Source: a virus
IMG/VR virus record: IMGVR_UViG_3300025759_000076
Span: 10,609-74,608 of that record
DNA: 64,000 bases
Reading direction: 5' to 3' (one strand)
Shown here: piece by piece, positions 41,154 to 53,400 of the stretch
How positions within the stretch are numbered: the first letter of the stretch is position 1
Layout: each line of letters begins with the position of its first letter
Notes under the pieces: generated by a model
What the model saw: only the letters and a program-made list of their open reading frames with translations
Told to the model about the DNA's origin: nothing
Databases searched by the model: none
Position numbers and translations under genes: made by a program

Positions 41154-41447
41154 TTATGATAATGTAAGTGTTGTTGAACCAACCCCAACAACACTAAATA
41201 TGAGTTGGTTTCCAGAGAAATCAATCTTAACTGCTTGCGTAGAAATTCCACTAACAAAACCTCCAACAGCAGTTACAATACCTGTATTATACTGTGAAGT
41301 TGCAGTAACAACACCTAGTGTAGTACCATTACCAACAACATTGTACAGTTCAAGAAAATTACTATTAATCTTTTCGGCACCTTCAATAAGTGAGTCACCT
41401 GTTCCACTATTAGGAGATGAACCCGTATTAATACCTTGATATGCCAT
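41154..41447 (-). CDS. Small protein with gp9/gp10-type N-terminal motif
   Basis: INTGSSPNSGTGDSL..AEKINSNFLELY; paralogous to 25796-25970. Confidence 0.7.
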   Translation of the reverse strand: MAYQGINTGSSPNSGTGDSLIEGAEKINSNFLELYNVVGNGTTLGVVTATSQYNTGIVTAVGGFVSGISTQAVKIDFSGNQLIFSVVGVGSTTLTLS

Positions 41448-41483
41448 CTTTTATACAGAATCTTTTTCTATGTTTGTATTTAT

Positions 41484-44400
41484 CTAGACATTATAATTAT
41501 TGAATTTCAAAGGTTCAAATCTTTGTACAAGAGGTGATGATGATAATCCACTATATCCTTCAGGGAAGAATTCTAGAGCCATTGTAGGAACTCTGTTTAT
41601 GAACTGTAGTTTACCCCATGTATATTCACCGAAAATACGAGAGTTATCAAATGTACCAGAACCAGAAGAATATCCTTGACTTGTAAACTCAATTCTTCGA
41701 ACAACAGTGACACCAAGACCAATACTTGAAAGATTCTTGGTTATATTTTCTGCATTCTTAACATAGTATATTCCATCAAAGTTATTGTCAGTAAATATAC
41801 CCACATTTGATTCATTGACGACGAAGAAATCACCAGGACTCAATTGACTAACCGTAACGGCAAAACCCACAATAGATGCATCTCTCATGTAAGAATCTTC
41901 TGGGATATGTAGTTCAATAAAAGCAGTATTGATGTCAGAATGTGCATAACCAACAATATTACCATAATCACCAAAGTATGAGGTAATTCCAATCTTCTCT
42001 CTTCTAATAGAAGGTTGTTGAATAAGAACATTAGGTGCCTGAGTGTATCCTGTTCCTGCATTAGATACCGAAATCGATACTACACCATCACCAGTTACTG
42101 AAGCAATACCTGTTGCTCTGGTTCCATTGAGTTCATCTGGTAAAGAAACTGATACTACAGGAGTTGTTAAGTAGGAATAACCTGCACCAACATTACTTAC
42201 CGTAAATGATGTGATTATTCCACCAGTACCGGTAGATGCCGTAGCAGTTGCAACATCGATATTTCCCTGGTCAATAATTACAACCTTATCTTGATAATCT
42301 AAAAGATTTGTTTCACTTCTAGAATTAAACAATGGTATAATACTGTCAACATAACCAGATGTACTAGTAAACCCAACATAAGATGTTAGATATGCCGTAG
42401 GGTAAATATAAGGTTCTTGGTCAATTCTATCCTTGGTTACAAAGTCACCATTAATTGTAATATCATCAGTTTGCTTACACCAAGTAACAGGTCTTACAAG
42501 AGCAGTATTTTTAGTAACACCAGGACCGTTGTAAGCAAGAGTAGTTACAGTATCCAGAGTGGTAATACCTGTCACTACTCTTGGGTCTTGATATAAACCA
42601 AAAGTTTGACCTTTTGCGATGTCATTTTTCAGTTGTAATGTATCACCAATTTTAACGGTTTCGAGAATGTCAACAAAAACAACGTCAACATCTGGAGTAC
42701 CCTTATAGAAGATAATTTTACAAGTGTCACCCTTTCTAGGAGGTTCTGTAAATTCTACATAACCACCACCCGTGAAGGTATATGAAATTTCAGGAACTTG
42801 TAAAACATCATTGATTGTTATGATTAATGCTTGAGCAAGATTAATGTTGGAACCTTTCTTGGCTTCAATCGCAAATTGTTGATTTGCAATCGTAAGTGGG
42901 AATTTTGTAGCCAACCCATCAAACAACTCATTAATACTATCAAATACCTCAAGTTCACCAATAGTAAACCCATTAAAAGTATCCCGATATACATCAGTGA
43001 CACTTAATTCAAACGGAATGAACGGAAGACTTGAATCAGTGTTAATACCTGTTGTACCACCAATAGCAATATTGAGTTTATCGCCAACATTATACCCAAA
43101 ACCACCACTTACAATATCAAAATTGATAACACTAGAACCTTGTCCAACAATAATATCAACTCTTGCACCAGTACCAACTCCAGGTGCAGAATTAGAACTA
43201 TAGACTAGAGGAATATTTGAGTAACCAAGAGGTTTGTCTATAACAACAATGGGTGGATTGCCGGAGTCAAGATTAGAACCTAGGTTATAAAGGTCAATAC
43301 TATCTACATGACCATCTACAATGTTTGCAGTACCAATACCAATAACTCGAACATCTCCAGTAGAAGATGTGATAATACCCACACCTACATTAGTTTGAAT
43401 ACCAGTTCTATAGCCAGAACCACTATTACCAATGCTAATAGCGCTAATTGTACCGGAGTTGACAAATACTGATGCACCAGCACCAACTAATGGTTGGAAA
43501 CCAGAACCTGAAGTAGAACCAACAGAAATAATTGTTCCTCCTCTAGGAATTGAAGCTTTATTCGGGTCTTCTTCAGATGAGATACTATCACCAAGATATG
43601 TAATACTCGTAACACCTGCAACTTCAAGGAAACTATAATCGCCAGATGTTATCTGACCCCCCAATGGTTCTTGAAGAATATTTGAATTCAATACGATCGC
43701 CTTGTTGGTTGCAAATCCGACTAAGTTCTCACCGTTCTGAGTCAAAGTAAATACACTTCTCTGACCATTGAACCCACTTTGAATATTATCAAATGTGTAG
43801 TTGGTCGCATAGGTGTCAAGGTCATCATTAAGAATACCACTTCTCATAAAGGTTCTACCTTGGAAACTTGAGTATGTGGTAACACCAGTCCAATCTACAT
43901 TATCAGGTCCTGCAGTAGTAGTTCCAATTGGAGTTGCTCCAAATGGTGCAGATGCAAAGTGAACAGTATTATCAACAATATTGTAGTTACCACCAAGTAA
44001 ATTAACTGAGGTTCCTATATTGTGTGATGCAACCTGTGTTCCCATCTGTGCTCGTAGAACTTTGAGACTATTCTCAGAAGAAACTCCCGTGTTCTGAACA
44101 AGCATAATCTCATTATCAATCTTAAGTAAATCATTTGCCTTGAATGAAGTAACTCCAACAACATCAAAATCTACATCAAATACAATACTTTCAGACAACT
44201 GCGTTTCAATATTCACTTCAGTTACTGGTGACTGAACCATATTATCAATTGCCAACAATGCTCTAGCATTTTGATTAGTTGCGGTAATTTTATGGAATGT
44301 TCCAATACCAATAGATGTTAAGTCAAATACAACAGGAACTGCACTCAATGCATCTGTTGCACTTTTTGCAAACCCTACAGATTTTTCACTATACTTGACA

Positions 44401-47400
44401 ATATACAAAGTAGACGGAAGTTTGTCAGTAGATACACCGGCAACACTTGTCGTTCCAATCCCAATGGCGTTTGCAGTTGATAGAATAGAGTTTTCATAAT
44501 CGTAGGTAACTTTCTCCCCGGTCACAAAGAAGTGGTCTTCCAAAATAACTTGATTACCAGTAGTATTAACTACAGAAGTACTGTTCCCCACAAAACTTCT
44601 TTGGAATACATCTAGATTATTTGATTGTAACTTGAATGAGGTCTTTTTATCGAACTCTGTACCAGTGTATGTTCCGTATTCAGAGAATAGAATGTTATTA
44701 TTGAGGTCAATTGAAGAAATACCAACGATATTGTTGAAATTCTTAAGAGAAATACCAAATGCTCTTACTTCAACATTGATATTCGGATTTGGTGTGTATA
44801 CGAGATGAGTTTCGGTACTACTATTCGTAACACCAACTGTTCCAAGACCTACATTAGTTCTAATATCACCATATTTTACAATTCTGTTTACAGTATCATT
44901 ATCAAGGACATTTACCTCAAACATCTCATATTCGTTGTTTGTAGTGTCCTCTACCGATACAATAAAGTATTCTGAATTGAATGGAGATGAGTAAGATGCA
45001 ACAATATTTTCAACAGGAGTTCCTGAAGATGTAATAGACTTGGAATAAGACGATAGATTAGTAACTACAAGATTTGATGTGGAAACTCCAGAAGCACTAT
45101 TGTCAGCAATAGATACGATACTTACATTTGCAGTAACCGCAGTCCCTACAGTTGGAATAATGTCGACTTTTACAAGTCCACCAGAAATGTATGCATTATA
45201 TGTTCCAAATCCAGAACTTGGTAGACCCGCAAGACCAACCTTATTGTCATTTGCCCCATATTGAAGAGTGGTTACATTTGTTCCGTCGTGAAGGATATTA
45301 AGTTCATTACCATAATAGTTATTTTCTGCATCTTCCATTTGAATGAGAAGTTTTGCAGCTCTGTAGGTAGAAGAAATTGATACTAGATTGGTAGTGGTTG
45401 CAACAGATACATTAGTACTTGCAGTAGAAATTTTAACTACATTACCGATTTGTTGAGTTCCAATTCCGGTTACATTATTCAATCCACTGAAAGTGAAGTA
45501 AGAAATGTCATAGTTATTGTACTTAAACAGAGTTGGATAGAAGGTTAGACCCCATGTACTAGTTCCTGCGCCAATATAGTCGAAATAACCTAAAGACATT
45601 GCAGTGTCTAAAGTACCATATTGATTAATATAACCTCTAGTTCCATCTTGTACAACAGAAACAATACTAGACTGTTTTCTGTTTCTAACTTCTCTATCCT
45701 GAACCAAAGTAAAGAACTTATTGAAGTAGAATTTATTATCAAAGAAGTCTACAATAGAATATCTTGTATCTCTTGCATTACTGTTAAATTGACTGCTAAT
45801 ATCATCCAGTTCTAATACTCTATTACCTCTAGATTCGAAGTAATCTAGTAAAATTCGATTTTCAAATATAATTTGGTCTGATACAGTCTTACCATTGACA
45901 ACATCAATAGTAGTTTCTGTTGCACCATCAAAATCTGGGAAACAATAGAGATTACCCTCGCCAATAAGATCAACCACCGTATCGATAGTTACTTCTTTTG
46001 GTGAAGTATCACTAGCGGCATTGTTGTCGATGACCAAATCTGCAAATTTATCAAAACCTGCAGTGTGATTAAGAGAACTTACTGGGTCATCCCAAGTTTT
46101 ATAAGGAATTCTAGATTTGAGTGAATATGAGAAGTTCTGATAGTACTCATTATTAGGAATAACTTGTAAATTGTCATTCAAGAAACCAGAATTTGACTGC
46201 CAACCGTCGATAAATGTTGTTCCTGTACCAATAGTGATAGTTGAGTTAAAATCAATCTTAGATCTAACTATAGACTTAATTTGAGAAGTTTCGGACTCAA
46301 TGATACTACCAACTTCGAAATCTGAATTGGTAGAAACGAACAAATATTCACTAACAGGATCCCATCTCTCTACTATACCTACACTATCTTCATTTGAAAC
46401 CTTTTCTCCATCAAAGAAATCTGAAATTTTGAGTTTAATGTCAAAAATTGGGAAATATGTCTTTGGAGTTACTTTTCCTACTGTAAAATTTGTTACTTCA
46501 CCAGGGAATTCTCCCTCACCAAGATAATCTGAAAGATCATATTCGATATATGAACCAGATCCACCAAGATTACTATCAGTTGCAGTTAGAGTGAATAATG
46601 CATAATCATAATTCTCTGAATTATAACCTTTTCCTGTAGTATTAAAACCAATTGCTATATTTTCAACAATCACTGTCTCACCAACCTTAAATGGCCAGTC
46701 TTGAGGATCACTAAACTGTTTAGATAGTGATAGTCTTACAATTTTTGATGCAGAGTTGTAACTAATAGAACTAATACCAAATCCATTCGAATTATTGATA
46801 GGAATAATTTCTGGAGTGACATTGTTCAGTGAGATAGTGTTCTCTACAATAGTAACTTCAGTGTCATCTAAATCATAAACTAGTTTTACATCAGTTATCT
46901 GTAGTTTTGATACACTATCAACTACAACAAGTTCAGGAGCCTCATAATAATTCAAACCAGTAGAACTAATACCAATAGACTTGAATGTCGCCAAAGGTTC
47001 AATTCTTAAAATTTCTGGTAAGTTACCAGAAGCATTCAGAGTTGTGTCCGATGGATAACCAAAACCAATGTAGTTAACTTTTGTTGATATGATATTACCA
47101 ATCGTAGTACTTGATGGTTGTAGTAGAGCACCAGTACCAGTAGAACTTCTTACAGAAGTAAAACCAGGAAGAGATCTGTAACCTCTACCACCATTCAAAA
47201 TAGTCAATCTCGAAATAGGACCAACGGTATTAGAGGAATTCGTAGTGTAACTGAGAATTGCATTGGTTGGGTCATACGAATTAGTAGTATCTCTATTATA
47301 AGGTATGTTATAGTCGAAAGTCATAGATGTTACACCTACAACATTATACCTACCATCAAATTTATTATCAGTGACATTAATTTGGTTGTTATTATAAACT

Positions 47401-50400
47401 GAAGTGTCCGTATACTTTCTCATCTTCACTGGAAGATTGATATCAATGTTATCAACCTCAAAGTTATACCACAGATTAGTGGGAATATTTTCACTAACAT
47501 AAAGAGTTAGGTTTGCATTGGTATCAATACCAACAGTTCCAGATTTAGTAACTTCAAATGAATCTGAATTTGGTGCAATCCAGAATTTATTTGCATATGA
47601 TAAGTCACTATAGACAAACATATCAAATGCTGCAAATTTGGTACCAGCACTAACAAATGATAGAGAATTATCTGAAAGATTAAATTTTAAATTCTGATTT
47701 TTTTGAACTTTTATTGCAGGGTTAATCCTAGAGATTGTTGTTGTATGTGCGGTTCCAATATTGACAAATGTTGGGTTCTCTTTTCCTAATTCGGAAGCAT
47801 ACTCAACAAGTTTAATCTGGTCATTCTTAAAGACATAGACATAGTAAAGACCTTTGTTAGAGAGACTAGGATCAGGTACTATTGAACTATAGATGACCTT
47901 ATCACCGATCTGATACTTATTCTCGGGAACAGTAAAAGTATTAGATACTGTATTAATTCCTACTGGTTCAATGGTGTCAGGATCAAATACCATTCTTCGG
48001 TTATAATCGTCATAAACGACCGATATTTCTGTGGTCGTAATTGGTTTTACCTCACTAGTAATACTGTCACCAGGTTTTATACCATGAGTACTCGCGGTAG
48101 AAACAGTAACAACATTTTTAGAGAATCTACCATTCAATACTGAAGGAATATTGGTCTTAAAACTATGGTAACTACCAAGACCGACTGAAGTAGTAAAGTA
48201 AAGAAGACCACCTGTCTCACTATTAACCCCTACATATTGTCCAGAAATACTATCAATACCAACACGAACTGTTGCAATACCAATTACATCCTTATTAATG
48301 GGAACTGCAAAAAGATTTCTGTTCGATTCCAGTTGGAATATATTAGAACTAGTAATACCACTCCATGCACTAATACTCGTTCCACCATTAGTATAATAGA
48401 TGATAGGGGTGTTCAATCCCAATCTATGATCTGGGATATAGATTTGTTGTTGATCAACTCTCTGTTGAGTCTGACCTACACCTGGATTGGCAAAAACCAA
48501 TGTTGTTGCAGTACCAACAGTTTCGGTACCAAGACCTATTGCCTCGTTTGGTTGAAAATAAAGTTGTCTATTTGTTGTTAGTTCTTTTGTAGTAACAATA
48601 CCTGTTGCGGTAAATGCTAGTTTTCTGGGATCATTTCGAACTAATGTACCGGCACTATGTACAACTGCAAAAGTATTGTCATATCCTCTTATAACTCTAA
48701 TTCTACTCGAAAGTTTATCGATGTTTAGAACCTTAAGTTTTTCAGATTCAATTCTTAGAATATCGTCAGGTTCTATAATGGATTCATCAAGTGAACCAGA
48801 AACATACACATAGGTCACAATACCCGTTACAGGACCGGTAGAGATACCTAATGAAGTGTACCATCTGTCACTACTTACACCAACACTGTAAGAACCCTGT
48901 AGGTTCTTATAGGTATCAGACAGACCATCAATGTAGATAATGTTACCTGGAAGGAAACTGTGTGGTGCTGAAGTTAAACCAATAAATTCATTACTATTAG
49001 AACTAGAATTTGAATAGATCTCAACATCTTCAATAGAAGTTGTTGCAAGACTTACATTATCTACTTTCTTACCACCAACCTGAGAAACCTTAACATTTAA
49101 GTTACTACCATTAGTTTTAGTGTTATTGAATATAACCTTGTCATTAACTCTGTAACCACTACCTTGATCTAAGATTGTAACTGCGTCAATACTTCCTGCG
49201 GATGTTGCAGTAACATCAATAGTCTGTTTTCTTACCGTGTTAGAGTTGAAGATATAATCATATCCACTCTGTCCACCATTCGTATAGTAATACTTGGTAT
49301 TTCTAAACCAACCTTTGTCTTCAATATCATAATCAGTCTGATTAGATCTTGCTAAGAAGTTGAATGGAATAGGTGTTGACTTATAGGTATCACCAATTAC
49401 ATAAGGGAATACAGGTCTTCTGTAATTGTTGAATGGTCCACCAGAGTCATTTCCTTCGGAGATAGTACAGAAGTATGCATATATTCCATTTGGATAATCA
49501 GGTGTTACGCAGAATCTTCCATTATGAATATCTAAATCGCCTTCTCCAGTAAATATGTAATCATTTGTAAAAAATCCATTGGGGAATGAATCATATGGAG
49601 GTCTACTCTTTTGAACTCTCTGCAATTTATAACCAGATTTCATTCGTGAAATATCACCAGTACCATCAATATTCTTAAATCCGTATGGTCCATAGATTGG
49701 ATTTCCATCATACGCCCATCCAACAATAGGTGAGTGATAAGTGTTACTAATTTCTCCACCAGTCTGTGGATCAAAACTCAAGTCAAAAGTACCATACCGT
49801 TCATTATCTTTATCAAAACCATTAATTACATTCAAAGTCCTACGAAGAGGTCTGGGCAGATATGTCGCACAATATTCCAGTGACTTATTAGAAAGATTCT
49901 CTTCAATAACACCATCATCATCGAGTATGTTATTGAAGTTTTTTTCAAACAAGTTTAAATTCCAAGCCTGAATATTTGCATTTACTCTAGCACCACCACC
50001 AGGTGGTACCACATTAACTGAAGTTTTTCCAGAAACATAACCAACACCACCTTTTGATATAATTATATTTTTAATAGAACCATTTTCAATGATTGGAATT
50101 AGAACAGCATAGTTACCAGTCTCACTGACAATTTGTAAGTCTGGTGGAGAATTGTATCCACTACCTGGAGTATTAACAACAACTTCCACAATTTCACCAT
50201 TATTGATGATAGGAGTCAATTTTGCGTTAATCCCAGCATCAAATGTAATTTCTGGTTGTCTTACAAAATCGATAATATCCGAAGAACCATAACCAACACC
50301 ATTTGAAGTTAAATCGATAGTCTCGATAGACCCTCTAAAAATTGGTTGCAGTTTGGCATCATACAAAAGAATGTTACCAATGAATGGAGTATCACTAATC

Positions 50401-53400
50401 AACCAATCAGTATCCTCATTTACATCCACATAAAATTCGTCTGTTACTATACCATTATTTGTAATCTCAGCTTCAGTATCTGTCCACGCAAGAACGAATA
50501 CTGGAGTGGTAATATTTTCTTCAATCGGAGATTCGATTATAAAAAGTTCCTGAAAATCTTCAACAAAAGTCTTATCGTAAGATGCTGCAGCCCCTTCAAC
50601 GGTTACTGTAATTGGTGGATAGTTGAAAGAACCCAATCCTTCATTACTAAAGTTAATGATAATACCGTTGTCGAAATAATAATCTGTTGCAACGGGATCA
50701 ACTCCAACCTTTGTCAGGGAGAATGCATCGTCATTAACTTTGACAACATAATAATCAGCAGTTTCGGATAATCCAATAACCCTATCACCAGTCTCAGGTC
50801 TCGTATATCTTATAATTTCTTTTGATTCATAACCATGATTTACAATCTCGACTTGATTAGATACCGTATTAACACCTACGGCAGGAATTGTTCTTCTTTT
50901 GTTCTCGTAGTTTTGTCCTGGATTAGTAATTACGACAGAAGATACAACTTGTTTTAGATCTGATGCAACAAAGTATTGTGTACCGGAACCATATTTGGTA
51001 AGATTGACCGTGTTAATACCAACAAAGGCATCACCTTCAGTGATATGAAGTTTAATTGCAGTTCGACTAACAACTTTAGTATAGTAAGAACCTCCAGTGG
51101 AAAGTCCCGTAATGATCTTGTCTCCTCTTGGTTCATAGATTATCTCTTCGCCATCCAAAAACTTATGGTCACTTGGGAAAGTAATTGTATTATTGACAAG
51201 ATCAACTTGAGATGGAAAGTCTGAAAAGAATGAATTTTCATGTTTGATTGAAATCATTCTTGGTTCAGCTTGAGCACCAAACCCATTACCACCACTAATG
51301 GAGATTGTGGGTGGTTCATAATAACCAAGACCGGAATCTATGACATCAAGTCTTATGAGTGACCCTTTTACATTACAGAATCCAGTGGCACCATATCCAA
51401 CTTCATCCTTAATTGACAATACGGGTGGATTAATAATGTCATATCCACTACCACCAGCGGTCATGGACAAAGTATTGATCGTACCATAATAAACACTACT
51501 TTGTGCTTTGTAGTTTAATAGTTCAACACCATTAACAAACATACCGGTATAGCCGGCTCTAGTACTATAATTCCTGTCATCATTGATTGGTTCTAAAATC
51601 TGTCTATACAGACCTTGAGGTTCGATGTTTTTATCGTAGAAATCTAGATATGCAAGAGAAGCATCAACTACAGAACCATTAAATGTAATATAGATTTTTC
51701 TAGATAGGTCAGCTTTACTTCTAGAAAGTTTAATAGTCTCCTCATCAACTCTAAAAACAAAATACGATGCTGATGGCATACCCTCAAAACCATTTCCGGC
51801 AGAGGTAAAATACACTGCATCACCAGTATAATACCCGTGATCAGGTCTTGATGTTGGGTTAACTGGTAATTTTAGTTCATCTGTTAAACGAAGATTTGCA
51901 CTAAAAGTTATTTTCTTGTCATATGGATTAGTTTCAAGGTTATCATAGTTTGCAATAGAGTTTGATGCAATGACTAAATCATTATTATACTTAGAATATG
52001 TGTTCTGAACATTCGCAATATAGTCATTCAAGTAAGGATAGACCTGAGATTCACCTTTCAATGTCTGATTTTCGATTACAAACTGACCTTTTAGGTTAAT
52101 TTGCTGTGAAAAAGTTACTATAATACTTGTTGAAGAAAGAACTCTGGAAACTGTACCAAAAATAGAGTAAGTTCCGTCGAAATTTTCATATCTTACGGCA
52201 TAACCCTCTCTTAAAAAGTGGTCTTTTGCAAATTCGAACTCATATACAAAGGCATTTGCGTCAATAACACTAGATTTTATAACATCCCAGTTAGTTTTTA
52301 CATTTAAGACGTAATTATTTGACTTTTTCGTGTCAGATTCCCATCCAAGAGACTTCAGTTCTATGGTATCGTGCGGTTTGTAGTAAGAATTGGGCCCGTT
52401 GGGGATAAAATCCTTCACTGCAGAAGTAAATCTGACTCTTATCTCCTGACTGGTGTCAATACCAACGTACGCATACGAATATGTGTCTAAAGTTATGTCA
52501 GTTTTCTTTGCAATTTGACCAATAATACCACTTGTATTAAAAAATTGGTTTAGAGTCTTGCCAGTATATGCAATTGATATTTCATTATCATCAATATCCA
52601 ATACACTAAGACTACCAAACTCGGGAAAACCGATTGTAGAGTCAACATCAATGATAGTTGAACCAACACTTACGTCATTTAAGACTTTTGTGAGTGGATT
52701 TGACTTGAATTGTCCGTAGATAGAACCACTTACATCACTATCTCGGTCAAAACCGGAGTCAATACTGATCTGATAGAACTGAAAATTCTCATAAGGTATC
52801 TGTTGAACGTTAGTAACAGAACCTCGGGCACTAGTTAGGTCTTGATATATCGTAAGATTCTTCAAATCAAGAGGATCACCTTGAAGTTGTTCTACGATAA
52901 AGTCTTTAGTGACCTTATAATTTGCATTAGATGGTGTAAAAAGAAATCTTGATGGACGAATAAGCTCTACATCTTCCCCATATAGTGCTCGGAAGAGTAT
53001 TTCGTAAGATTGTTCAGTACCTTTTGACTTATAAAAACTATCAGAGTTGATTATAAAGTTTCTTTTATCCAATCCTGTATAGAAATTCCTATCAGTAAAC
53101 CCTGGAGTTACCTGTCTCTTGAGTTTAGTGAGAAATTCTTTGAGAAAAAGTATGTTTAAATTCTTAACAGTTGCACCGGTGGTGTGAGATTCTGCAATTG
53201 TTGAAGAAAATGTCAGTTCATCGGGTGAACCAGAAGTAATATATGTTGTAACTCCACTAAAACCTCTAGAACACTCTACAAAGGTATTCGAAGTTTTGGA
53301 TTGATATAATATAATTTCGTTATCAATTTGAATGATACCATTATTATCTGAAAATCCTTCAGTAGAACTTACAACAATAGTAGTGTCAACAGTATCTAAT

